A DNA stretch of 63,363 nucleotides, filler included, from Octopus bimaculoides (Eukaryota): assembly GCF_001194135.2 (NCBI RefSeq). It is 6 parts of 5 records of this genome, joined end to end, with 100 filler letters (N's around TTAATTAATTAA, not from the genome) between each part and the next. Parts side by side here need not be neighbours in the genome. Positions count along the whole stretch, not along the records: positions 50,615 to 59,496 come from NC_068983.1; positions 59,597 to 61,829 come from NC_068991.1; positions 61,930 to 63,363 come from NW_026319262.1; 3 more parts are not named here. One strand, written 5' to 3'. The notes beneath the pieces were generated by a model. That model made no database searches and was not told the origin of the DNA. It worked only from the letters and a program-made list of their open reading frames with translations. How positions within the stretch are numbered: the stretch's first letter is position 1; every line of letters begins with the position of its first letter. Positions 51,307-63,363 of this stretch are shown piece after piece. The translations under genes and the position numbers were made by a program.

Positions 51307-53039
51307 TACACACACACACACAGACACACACACACACACATACACACACACGATCTGGTGCAAATGCTACTGGCATACTCTTTTCAGTACGCAATTACAC
51401 ATGTTTCGCATTATCTAGAAATGAAATTTCATAATATCAACTTCTACGTTTGGTTTTATATACCTGTTTCATAGCGACAGAGCATTCCTAATGAAATATA
51501 AGATTATAAATGTTATAGCAGTGTATGCAATTGAAGTAATTCATAGACTAGATCACAACTGTATTTAGATCGCAAGTGTCTTCCGTGGTGCACACAACTC
51601 AGAACTATTCGTCGGTTTTGAATACTTGTTGTGGAAAAGTAGTTAGAATGTGACGATTATTTTCTGAATAGCGTGGAAGAATTTTATATGTACCAACGGT
51701 AAGAATCTGCAATTTCGAACTGGCAATTGAGAAAATACGTAATATCCCAAAACAAATCTTGTGATTAACTAATTCTATAAAACTGACAGAAAAACAAGAC
51801 TTTTGAATAATATATTTGGTAGATGACACAAGGGATCTTTTTTTTATTAATATCACATTGTTTGAATAATATAATTACAGGATTTCTATCGAAGCGTACC
51901 ATATTGTGTTTGGAATATTTATGTAATTGAAGATAGAATATACATTGTAAGAAAATTAATAACAACTAATCTTATTAGAAAAGCTTTATCGCAAAAATTC
52001 TCAGAGGCAAAACCCCCTCTCTATACACAGTTCCCCCAACACTCACACATATATATATATATGTATGTGTGTATATGAATGTATGCATGTATGTATGTCT
52101 TATATGTTATATATGCATATATATTTACACGGGAATTTGAGAGAAAACAAGCAATTAATTGTTATTTTTTTATGTATTGTTTATAAAAATATTATTTGCT
52201 TTTATATGACTTTCAGTAACTACCCGTACAGAATATTTCCGCCGTATTCTTTTTAATATCTTTATGGCTGTACTTTTAAAAATGTATTGATGTTGTTAAT
52301 ATCATTTTATGCTCTGTCGCCGGCTCAAGTAAAGGAAACCAATTTCTTATCGCGCTTTGGTGATATATCTTTCATAATGTTATATATGATAGATATGTGT
52401 CTGCAGGTCGAGTAGGGCAAGAGGGATTTTTGAAATTAGTTACTTTTTTGTTCTTTCTTAATATTCCATTCACAAACACATCCGCGAACTGATATTGACA
52501 CCGCGCCGAACGCCGAATAGTTTTGCCACTTTTCCTTTTTATATAAAGAATATATGCATTTTGCAAAACGACGCGACACATAATAGGGTGGGGAATATAC
52601 GTAAAATTCCCGAAGCTAAGAACTAGAATCATATGCGTACTTTGCAATTACCTTTACAATGCAAAAGCATTGTGTAAAAACATGACATACACTTATTTCT
52701 ATTAAATTAAAAATAAAAAACAAATATCATATAAATAGAATTATATATATATATATAAATATATATGTGTGTGTGTGTGTGTGTGTGTACATCCATATGT
52801 ATGGATGTATATTAACATTAATTGGAATTATAATCAACAGAAAATGTAATTTATATACATGTGTATATGTGTGTCTCTCTGTATATGAAGTCTGTCTGAC
52901 AAGTAACGGGATTGGTATCAGAAAAAGTATATTTCAGTTTTAAACTACAATTTTCGTCCTTTCCTCTTCAAAGTAATTCCGCTCGAGTCTAATGCACATT
53001 TCCATCCTTTTCTGCCACGCTTTTACGCACTGCTGGAAG

Positions 53040-53322
53040 GATTCATCTGGAATGCCCCGACGTTACAGCCCTCTTGATTGCCTCTACACCTTTTCAGACA
53101 AACTTCGTAGGTCTGTCTATCTCTCTCTGTCACTGCCGATTTGCCTCTCTGTCTCTTTTTTTCTCCGTCTTTTTCTCCTCGTCTCCGTATTCTTTCTGTT
53201 GAAGAGCGTAGCTCGAAACGTTAAAGACTTTCCGTATTCCCGAGCGTCATACTAATACATCCTTTTGTTGTTTACACCACTTGTCCTCGTCTGTTGTTGT
53301 TTCTTTCGTACATTCTCCAATA
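53040..53322 (+). mobile_element. Probable Penelope-like element terminal remnant
   Basis: Carries a minimal hammerhead fold typical of this class; no RT or GIY-YIG sequence recognised. Confidence 0.4.
53191..53227 (+). ncRNA. Minimal type I hammerhead-ribozyme-like motif with variant core
   Basis: UCUUU CUGUUGA a GAGC-gua-GCUC GAA ACGU U AAAGA: stem I 5 bp, stem II 4 bp, palindromic stem III, GUU cleavage triplet; A6 replaced by U. Confidence 0.55.
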
Positions 53323-54576
53323 TATATATATATATAATCGGGTCACTTTGGCTCAGCCGATGCTTAAATTACTACTAGCTTGAAGCATGGCCTTCGCTAT
53401 TGACCATATTCAGTGCAAGTAGCTTACCTTCTAGACAGAAGATATAGTTACGTGAATTGGAAACCTAAGCCAGAGTGCACAGCAAGTCCATCTCAAGATA
53501 TCGCAACGCTTGGAGATGTATAGACTACGTAGCCTTCGAACATGTGCGAAGTCTAGTGATTTGGAAATTCAAGTTTCTCTGTTGGTCATCATATTTATAT
53601 TTCTTGGGTGAGATAATTTAGCAAGCGACCTGCCTTGCTTCCATGGCAAACTCAGGCTATTTTGTATTCACACTGACAATTCTGAATAACTTCATTTTAA
53701 ACAGGCGGTTAGAAAGGCTTCTTTTCCATTTCTGTGGTGAACATATTCTGCCATCTGGTTAATTGCAGATATCTTCACCAGTAAATTTTTCTATATTTCT
53801 TGTTCATATTCCCACCTGAGGAGACTTTCTTTCTAAAAAAAAGTGCTTTCTCATATTTTGATGACTCATTATGGTGAGTTGTTTCACTCTTTTCATTTTT
53901 AATGTGATGCACATATCGCATGTCTGTCTTCCTCGTAGGTGCGCTTCATTAATGTTTTGTGGTTTGTGTAAATGATCCTTGAATTAATAATTTATTTTTG
54001 TTCGAGTTGGACGGCTGAGCCTGGGCCATTTGCACGTCTATGTGCGTGTGGGTATTAATTGTGTGTGATGTGTGTGTGCGTGTGTAATGCGCGTGTATCT
54101 GTGTATGTGTGGGTGTGTGTGTGCGTGCGGGATGTGTGTGTTTGTGTGTGTGTTTGCGTGTGTGTGTGTGTGTGTTGAAACAATGTATTCTTCGGTGTGT
54201 AATGTTGGTGGTGACTGCATTATCAATAGTGGTCGTTTGTGATGACGTTGATAGCATTAATGTTGCTACTGATTAGTTCATCGCAACTCCAAATCATCTT
54301 CCGCGCTCGTCCGTATCTTCCAGGACTAGTTTGTTACTATGGTTTTCCACTAATCAACATCATTAGACGGTGACCGGCATAATAGAATATGAGCTTTATT
54401 TGCTTATTCAAAACGCTCGCGGTTTCAAAATGACGAAAATATATTGAAAAATTGGATTTGAATATGGAAGTGAATTTAACGGCTTTTGTGTGTGTTTTGA
54501 AATAGCTTATAAACACCTTCCACGCTGAACTCAGATCAAGTCACTTGCTGTGTAAATACATCTCCGCAATATATGT

Positions 54577-54624
<48 letters not shown>

Positions 54625-54695
54625 NNNNNNNNNNNNNNNNNNNNNNNNNNNNNNNNNNNNNNNNNNNGTGTGTGGGTGTGTGTGTGCGCGTGTCT

Positions 54696-55053
54696 GAGGC
54701 GCAATGCCCCAGTGGTTAAGGCAGCGGACTTGCGGTCGTAGGAACGTGGTTTCGAATCCCAGACCGGGCGTTGTGAATGTTTATTGAGCGAGAGGTAGGG
54801 AGTAGTGGCGAACCTCGCTGGACTCTTTCACCACAACTTTCTCTTACTGTTTCTTCGTGTTTCCGTTGTTGTACCTGTATGTCAAAGGGCTAGCCTTGTC
54901 ACACACTCTGTCACGCTGAATCTCCCCGAGAACTACGTTAATGGTACACGTGTCTGCAAAGTGCTCAGCCAATTGCACGTTAATTTCACGAGCAGACTGT
55001 TCCGATGATCTGTTCAACTGGAACCCTCGTCATCATAGCTGATGGAGTGCCAC
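54696..55053 (+). mobile_element. SINE family A, near full length
   Basis: A-box tgccccagtggtta, B-box gtttcgaatccc, standard tail. Confidence 0.88.
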
Positions 55054-55477
55054 GTTATATGTATATATATTTATAACATATTTAAACTTTTAAAACACAT
55101 TTACGACAGTTACCATGCAGAAAGAATTCTCTCTTACGGTAAGAGGTATAAAGCAGCATATTTTTCCAGTGCTTCCCCCTAGCGGATTCCCACATGCATT
55201 TCTAGCTTGTTCACTTACTTCGGTGGGAAATACTGAAAAGAGATAACCCTGAGTTGTTTCAAAACCATAGTATCTAACAGTAAGTGAGCTGCAATCGTGA
55301 ATCGCCTTGTCGGAATAAAAATAAATTGTTGTCCGCAGTTACTGGAGTGAATTTGTATTTAGAATTAAAAGTATGTCACAAAAATATTTTAGCTAACAAA
55401 ATGTTCGGTTATTCTACATCAGTGCTTTGCGCCGATGGTGATCTTTGTGTCACTCTTTCTCACTCTCGCGCTCTTTG

Positions 55478-55520
<43 letters not shown>

Positions 55521-56612
55521 GAATACCTGACCCGCCTGTTTAAGACGACCTTCGGACCGGGACCTATGGACAACTTCCAGAGATCCCTGGCCTGGCAGTG
55601 CTATCGAGAAGCACTACCCGTTCGGGATAAGCTCTACAGGTATGGCTCGAGAAACACGGGGCCGACCTGTCCGAGATGCCGGCAGAGCGACGAAACCGTT
55701 CTGCACGCACTTGTACAGTGTCCCACCATTTCCGAGCTGTGGGCTTACGTCGAACAACTGCTATCGCGTGTGGGACNNNNNNNNNNNNNNNNNNNNNNNN
55801 NNNNNNNNNNNNNNNNNNNNNNNNNNNNNNNNNNNNNNNNNNNNNNNNNNNNNNNNNNNNNNNNNNNNNNNNNNNNNNNNNNNNNNNNNNNNNNNNNNNN
55901 NNNNNNNNNNNNNNNNNNNNNNNNNNNNNNNNNNNNNNNNNNNNNNNNNNNNNNNNNNNNNNNNNNNNNNNNNNNNNNNNNNNNNNNNNNNNNNNNNNNN
56001 NNNNNNNNNNNNNNNNNNNNNNNNNNAATGTGTATGGTGGACGCGTCTGAAAGGTCTAGAGACAAAGACTTTCCTCTCTGGGCAATCCCTCATCAACTTC
56101 TTCAAGTATCACCTGAAGAGGAAGGTGAGAGTAGAAAGGGAAGTCTTGTCTAGTGAATGCTTCAAAAAAAGATGGGTGAATTTAGTAAGGATGGCACGTG
56201 TGAGCGACGGAGCCATCTTGAGCATAACCCTATGAACTAAAAAAAAAACAAAAAAATCCAAGAAAAAAAAACAAAAAGGCAAAAGAGAGTCACTTACTGT
56301 TATAGTTTCTTCAATGAGAATATTGACCAAGGTTACCGTGGTCTTTTCCGTAGGCTTTTCTTTCCACGGCCAAACCTAAACTGTCCTCCCCTCCTTTTAC
56401 ACAAGAACATTACTGTGTGATACACGATCCCTATTGATCACCCTATTTCTTTTTTTTTTTGGATCCCTTTTGATCGAACTACCCCCTTTTCCTTCCTACG
56501 ATCTCTTTTGATCGACCCCCCCCCTTTCTTTTTTCTTCCCCCTCCCAAAAAGAAAAGCTCTACATTGTATTTGTCCCATCTTCGTTGAGCCCTGTGTGGC
56601 TAATAAAAGAAA
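55521..56612 (+). mobile_element. 5'-truncated L1/Tx1-clade LINE (ORF2 C-terminus plus 3' UTR) between (TATC)n tracts
   Basis: SLAWQCYREALPVRDKL...CPRCRQSDETVLHALVQCP (zf-RVT-type zinc knuckle), frame continues after the gap to a stop at 56235; ends taataaaagaaa. Confidence 0.85.
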
Positions 56613-56939
56613 TGTATCTATCTATCTATCTATGTTCTTTAAGTAAACAACACACAGAGTAAACTAGATACGAAATGAGATATATCCACCAATGCAACTA
56701 TAATTATCACTGGAAAATGCACACTCAGATTCTATACATGGATATTTACTGTTGGAATGGAACTATACTCCAAGTACTTTTCTTCTTTGTTTTTTCTTCT
56801 CCTCATCGCTCTCATTTCTTACTGCAAATCTCCTCATACAGATGTGATAACCTTTATCTTCTACTATTACCGTCTCCGATGAAGGGATAAAATGTAAATT
56901 TCCTTATGCCATTGGTCTCTTTATCTCATTCTTTATATA

Positions 56940-56977
<38 letters not shown>

Positions 56978-57800
56978 AGAACATATTATTCAAGTGTAAC
57001 AATTAGTGTTTACCCTGCGACGTTAGCTTCACTTCATCCACGTTTTGGAGCAACTTTTGAACTGAATATCTTAGTTGATTTTAAAAGGCATAATATCTTG
57101 AAAATTTACACTAAGTTTGCGTTAATGGCTGTTGCTTTGTAAAATTCGTTCACGAACCGTCATATTTTACGATAAAAATGTAAAGACAAGCCAGTTTTTC
57201 TCTTTAACGCCACATTTAATGCTGTGTTATGTATTTAGCATGGCTCTATGAGAATGAAAGTGCAAGTGCTATCTTTACAGGCCGGCTCATCTTTCTGTCG
57301 TAATTGAATACGAGACGGATTCGTTTGCATGATATATAGTGGTCGGTTAACTGTGTAACACTCCTCTTATTTATCAAGATTTACTTCAGTTGGTATCAAG
57401 CAGACACAATGTAAGAGTCAAATCTTCAGGAGATAGAAATATATATAATTTTCCCTTAAGCTACACAACTTCCTTAAGCAAGAGGACAAACTGCTTTATG
57501 GAACCTCGATATCATGTTTCCCGTTTCTTTCCTATCTGCATCTTTTCCTTCGATTTTTTTCTCTTTTACAACAAGCATTCGCAAAATTACTTGTATACCA
57601 TTTTATTTATGAGTTAAATTTCGAGTATCGTTATAGCTCCTTGACTTTTCACCGCGATGTTTAAATTGATATAGTTGTAATTATCTGTCACAAAGTTATT
57701 TTTTGACTTTCTATATGTACCCGTCTTGTGCTTCTGTTCTTTCTTTAAATCTGTGGTCATTCTTTACAAATTATTGTATTTAAGCAGTACAAAACAACAG

Positions 57801-57861
57801 TAGTGTTAGTAGCAGATCCAGTGGCAGTGGTAGCGGCATCGGTGACAGCAGCAGCAGCGGC

Positions 57862-57920
<59 letters not shown>

Positions 57921-57946
57921 CAGCAGCAGCAGCAGCAGTAGTGGTG

Positions 57947-57999
<53 letters not shown>

Positions 58000-58005
58000 T
58001 GCAGC

Positions 58006-58043
<38 letters not shown>

Positions 58044-58210
58044 CAGCANNNNNNNNNNNNNNNNNNNNNNNNNNNNNNNNNNNNNNNNNNNNNNNNNNNN
58101 NNNNNNNNNNNNNNNNNNNNNNNNNNNNNNNNNNNNNNNNNNNNNNNNNNNNNNNNNNNNNNNNNNNNNNNNNNNNNNNNNNNNNNNNNNNNNNNNNNNN
58201 NNNNNNNNNN

Positions 58211-58246
<36 letters not shown>

Positions 58247-58252
58247 TGCAGC

Positions 58253-58287
<35 letters not shown>

Positions 58288-58333
58288 CAGCAGTATCAGC
58301 AGCAGTAGTAGTTGCAGCAGCAGCAACAGCAGC

Positions 58334-58378
<45 letters not shown>

Positions 58379-58398
58379 TGCAGCAGCAGCAGCAGCAA

Positions 58399-58453
<55 letters not shown>

Positions 58454-58455
58454 TA
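57801..58455. repeat. Compound (AGT)/(AGC) microsatellite spanning a gap
   Basis: Directly visible. Confidence 0.95.
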
Positions 58456-59596
58456 CTACGCTATATTGAGGTTTTTAAATTATGACTTCATCTAGGATAT
58501 GGAGAATCTCACAATAGTGCAGATAACGAGAAACGAGCATGAAATGTTGAACATAGCTAGCGTATTCACATTTTCCTCGTAATATCCTTTAGACATGCAC
58601 AGAAAACTCGTCTATTTATTATTTATTTTTTCCTTAATTTAGAAGCACGAACGATGTGGCTATATCTGAAATCTGGCATCCGTTTAATGAATGATGTATA
58701 GTGAATGAAGAATGAAGACAGGTGAGCCGTAGATCTTGCAGGATGCACTGCTGACATCGCATTATTTAGATAATCACATTTGTCTCGAATCAGCTTTACT
58801 TCTGTGGGGACTATACGTAAATTCAGTAAATTCAACATTTACTCCTGCTATTTACGTAAACTAACGTTGTATTTATCTCACTAAACGTCATTCATAAATT
58901 ATTGTTACGTTCATCAAATTTCAATATAATTCTTACAATAGTTTACGACTAGAAGACAGTTGCCAAATGTTGATATGTTACTAGTGACAATTATCAAATG
59001 TAAAGGAAAATACTGGTGGATTTAGTTCGGTGACAAGTAATGAGGCCATAACAGTATTTTAAATTGTGTTATTTTGTTTTAGCTTGACAAACATTTTAGT
59101 GGAATATATTGCAAGGCAGCGATTGTAATACCAGCGTGGCAGTATTTACTTACGTATCCTTACTTTTAAGTTCAAGTCACAACTGAGTCTGTGCTTCCCT
59201 CCAAACGAAGACATTGATTCAATAAGCAGTACGCTCTACTTCGATATTTGTAAATACTTGACGTGGTTTCATTGCATGTATGTATAAATGATGAAATAAT
59301 TGTAGTGACTGAAAATAAATGTCCACCCGTACACTTTCTTGTTGACTTCAATTTTTTCCATTTATCTATTCACATACTACAGAAGCCCAAAGGCAAACCT
59401 TGAAGTACGTATAATACTACTACTGAATAGCTACGGGGGAAATCTGGATGAGGACGAGCTTTATACTGTACTCACCTATGTGATTAACAGAATATANNNN
59501 NNNNNNNNNNNNNNNNNNNNNNNNNNNNNNNNNNNNNNNNTTAATTAATTAANNNNNNNNNNNNNNNNNNNNNNNNNNNNNNNNNNNNNNNNNNNN

Positions 59597-59694
59597 TAAG
59601 TACCAGTTACGCACTGGGGTCGATGTAATCGATTAAATCCATTTGTCTGGCCATGTTTGTCTCCTCTATGTTTAGCCCCCTGTGGGCAATAAAG

Positions 59695-59697
<3 letters not shown>
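59597..59697 (+). mobile_element. SINE family B, tail type 3, ending in (AT)n
   Basis: taagtaccagttacgcactggggtcgatg...atgtttagccccctgtgggcaataaagaaata. Confidence 0.85.
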
Positions 59698-59734
<37 letters not shown>

Positions 59735-59917
59735 AATGCTCATCAAGAATCTTAGAAAAACAAATTCGTAAACACACGTACACACACACACAGGTATAGA
59801 TATACACGAGTGAGTGAACAAACAAAATAAGGGCGCTCAACACATTTATTGCGAGTTACATGTGTGGATCAAAACAGTTTGATCTAAATTCGTTGGCACT
59901 CCGAGTTTCAAGCGGGA

Positions 59918-59970
59918 TGCTAATCTTCGGCCATTTTGAATTTCAAATGCAAAATGGCCGAAGACTAGCA
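59918..59970. repeat. 53-nt hairpin, 21-bp stem with one mismatch
   Basis: tgctaatcttcggccattttg ... caaaatggccgaagactagca. Confidence 0.9.
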
Positions 59971-60526
59971 AGAAGTATTGAAGTTGTGAGTGACAAAGTG
60001 TGATTTAATTAAGCTTATTAAAGTCATGCATCATCTTTCCATAGCACGAGTAAACAAGCCATTACACTGTGAAGTATGGTTGCCATAATAATTAATAAAT
60101 CACACAGTAGAGCAGCTATAATGTTCTCGTTAAAAATTTATTGAGCAGATTATTAGCAGATGTTGTTGTTGCTGTTGGTTGTGTTGTTGGTGGTGGTAGT
60201 GGAATTAGGGTAGTGAAAGAATTGGTATAAAGTCAACAAATTAACAAGTTGATTTGACCGTAATGAAGAACCGTGAAATAACTTCGTGACATTCCTTTAT
60301 ATGTTCTTCAGTGGCGATGATAACGGCGGTGATAAGCAGGATGCTGGCGACGATGGCGACGATGAATGTGACGACGACTTCTCAAAGGCAAGGCCAACAG
60401 ATTACATAGACGAGAGGAGAGGTGTAATCCATTAATATACTCCTAGGGCATGGTTGTTATGTACTTTATTGATAAGGTAATGTCTGTACGCGATATACAA
60501 TCTAACTGCAGGAACTCAGAGACTGT

Positions 60527-60698
<172 letters not shown>

Positions 60699-60840
60699 AT
60701 TATGGTTTTATTGGCCACAAGGGCTAATATAAATTTTAAAAAAACATGTAAGGACAAAGACAGGACGAAGGTTACAAAGGGTTTTGTCCCAAAAAGAAAG
60801 CGTTCGTGTAAACAGTGAGGTAAACAGAGAAAGATATAAC
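60699..60840 (-). mobile_element. Retroelement 3' end with the shared agccc..tgtgg.caataaa terminus
   Basis: Minus strand ...tattagcccttgtggccaataaaacc then (TTA)n. Confidence 0.55.
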
Positions 60841-61429
60841 AAATAAAATAGAAGAAAATCAAAGAAACTATTTGTGAAAATATGTAACTCGTCCAGTTGA
60901 TGTTGATTCGTTGACAGAATCGTTTGAATATAGAATAAAATGCGTCTGGTTTAAAATCGCGCCTCGGTTAACTTTAACTACGATCTTTACAGAGTCAATA
61001 AAATATAATCACCAGTTGAGGGCAGTGGATTGGGGGTATTGTTAGGGTTTTGGACGAGGTGCCTTGTGGTATTTTTACCTACTCTTTGCTTTCTGAGTTC
61101 TTGGGTGGTGGACTTAATCCGTTGTTTGCTTTAATACCATCATTACTTAGTTCCTTGGTGTCATTAATAGTGTTTGTTGTGTTGTTACCCAGGTTAACAT
61201 CATTACAAAGACCTTGGATATCCCTAATAGAGTCTACTTTGTTGTTAGCCAGTTTAGCACAACCATCTGGTCCTTAAAGTCCCTTTAGTAGAATTCACTC
61301 CGTTGTAAGCATTTCCACTCGTTTCGAAGGGGCTGAAAACTTAAAGGGTGAAAGCACTGCCGTTTCTAAAATGTTTAAGTGTTAAAAACAAAATTCAACA
61401 AATTATTTCCAGGTATTGCGTACTTCATG

Positions 61430-61787
61430 ATCATGACCATCATCATTATCATCATCGCCGTCATAGCCGTCGTTGTCGTAATCGTCATCATCATCGTTAT
61501 CGTCATCTTTCAGCTTTTCCTCTTCTACCACCACCACCACCTGCTCCTCCTTCTCCCCGCCTCTTCTTACGCCTTCTTCTTCTCTATTCTTTCTCTTCCG
61601 CCTCCTTTTCCCTCCTCCGTTTCGTCCTCCTTCTCCCCTCCTCCTCTTCTGCCTCCCTCCTCCTCATTTACCACCTCCTTCTCCACTCCTCTTCTTCCGC
61701 CTCTTTCTTCCACTCCAACTCCTCTTCCACCTCCTCCGCTTTTTCCTCCAGCTTCGCTTCCCATTCCTCCTCCTCCTCCTCCTCCCT

Positions 61788-61829
<42 letters not shown>
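61430..61829. repeat. Degenerate (CAT)/(CCT) low-complexity tract
   Basis: Directly visible. Confidence 0.9.
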
Positions 61830-61929
61830 NNNNNNNNNNNNNNNNNNNNNNNNNNNNNNNNNNNNNNNNNNNNTTAATTAATTAANNNNNNNNNNNNNNN
61901 NNNNNNNNNNNNNNNNNNNNNNNNNNNNN

Positions 61930-62539
61930 TTCGATAGAAGATCCATTTTTCGTCACCAGTCACAACTCTATCCAAAAAGTGATAAATGAGTTCGCGAGCA
62001 TGGAGAGAATAGCAGATATCAACTCGTGATTTTCGGTTGCTTTCGGACAATTCATGAGGCACACGTTTTCCAAGTTTAAGAATCTTTCCAAGTTGTTGAA
62101 GATAATGCAGGATTTTCTTCAAGTAATAACTCAAACATCTTATCAAACTCAACTGGACGTCCTGTTCGATCTTCATCTTCAAGACTGAAATCACCACTTC
62201 TGAATTTTGCAAACCATCTTCTGCAAGTTCTTTCATTCAAGCACTCTTTCCCATAAACTGAGTGTATGTTTCGAGGCGCGTCGGCTGCAGAGTTTCCTTT
62301 TTTGTACTCATAAAGCATTATGTGCATGAAATGCTCTTTGGATACTTCCATGTTATGTTAGAGAGGGTTTTAATCAAAGAAATTTAAATTCTATTATTCT
62401 GTAAAATAATATTTAATTAGTTTAAATGTACACAAATGCTTAAGAATAATTTTTAATTCCATTAGTCATTCTAAAATACTATTAAATTTCATTCAATTTT
62501 AAAAAGGTAAAATCGGACAGAACTTATAGGATGATCTGA
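61930..62539 (-). mobile_element. Mariner transposon relic, 5' TIR plus N-terminal half of the transposase
   Basis: ATG at 62351: MEVSKEHF...RRWFAKFRSGDFSLEDEDRTGRP, RVPHEL, VTGDEKWIFY; internal deletion; terminus tcagatcatcctataagttctgtccg next to TA. Confidence 0.9.
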
Positions 62540-62547
62540 TATATATA

Positions 62548-63344
62548 TCGCCACTAGAAGCCACATGATGCGACCCTGGTGTCGTCTTCTGTAGTCGTAC
62601 TGCCATATGGTGCGTTTTGCAGTGCTTCTCTCTTGTTCGTCGATTTTTGCGATGGCTGAAACGAAGGAACAGCATGCTTCCGGGAAATTCTGTTTTCTGC
62701 ATGGGAAAACGGCGGCCAAAACAGTTATCATGCTTCAAACAGCTTACAAAGATGCTGCCATGAGCAAAACACAAGTTTACGAGTGGTTTTCATGCTTTAG
62801 CAATGGTCACTTGTTGCTTGAAGACCAACCTCGTTCAGAACGACCTCCGACCGTCCGAATCAATGAAAACATCATGAAAACTCATGAATTGATCTTGAAG
62901 GACCGTCACCGAACAATTGATGAACTTGTTGACATGACTGGTGTGTGCTAGAGCGCTCCTGCTAAGGAATTTTGAGCGATGAATTACGAATGAAAAGATT
63001 TGCAGCAAATTCTGTGCCTCACTTGCTCAAGAAAGATCAAAAGCCGTCACGAGTAAATGCGTTGGAAATTCATCTGGACCTTTATCGAAGGTCATCGCTG
63101 ATAATGAAAGCTGGTACTACAGAATTTGTAGATGTGGAAGAGGTGACGAAAAAAAAACCGTGGAGGTGTTAAAAGTAATCACTTTGCAAGAGCTCTAGCA
63201 CTCTTTAGATTAGTGGAAAACGCGCCTGGACCGATGCATTGCTTCAAATGGAGAATACCTTGGAGGCGATAAATGTGTAAACATGGAAAACTAATTGAAT
63301 AAAATAATATTGCAAAATTAGAGTTTCTTTTGGCTACCCCCTAG
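62548..63344 (+). mobile_element. Mariner relic (irritans-like), internally deleted, with 3' TIR
   Basis: ATG 62652 MAETKEQ...KTQVYEWFS...LEDQPRSERP, SVPHLL, VIADNESWYY, then a jump to DRCIASNGEYLGGDK; terminus ggctaccccctag|TA. Confidence 0.88.
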
Positions 63345-63363
63345 TATATATATATATATATAT

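Noticed and set aside
59460-59496. AG|GTGAGT on the minus strand
   Set aside because: Poor polypyrimidine tract and the upstream context is lost in a gap
61050-61277. Hydrophobic plus-strand ORF resembling a membrane protein
   Set aside because: TTG start; explained as the antisense of an A/C-rich (N/T/K) frame

Overview
AT-rich, gap-ridden metazoan genomic DNA, most likely an octopus draft scaffold (inferred from the tRNA-derived SINE families and microsatellite load; not database-confirmed). I found no intact protein-coding gene, rRNA, true tRNA or CRISPR array. Nearly all long ORFs in the track come from microsatellites or N runs. The window is a transposable-element landscape, intergenic or inside a large intron. 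It holds three abundant modular tRNA-derived SINE families (my labels A, B, C), a decayed Tc1-type transposase with D-36-E spacing, two head-to-head mariner relics, R4/Dong, L1/Tx1 and RTE-like LINE fragments, piggyBac-like TTAA MITEs, a Helitron 3' end, two hammerhead-ribozyme-like motifs and several near-perfect hairpins. Best candidate for an undescribed system: an L1/Tx1-clade LINE whose 3' terminus is shared with one SINE-B subfamily, with most such ends fused to microsatellites and the SINE forming head-to-tail tandems. Repeat boundaries were read by eye and are approximate (about 10-20 bp) unless a target-site duplication (TSD) or terminal inverted repeat (TIR) fixes them.
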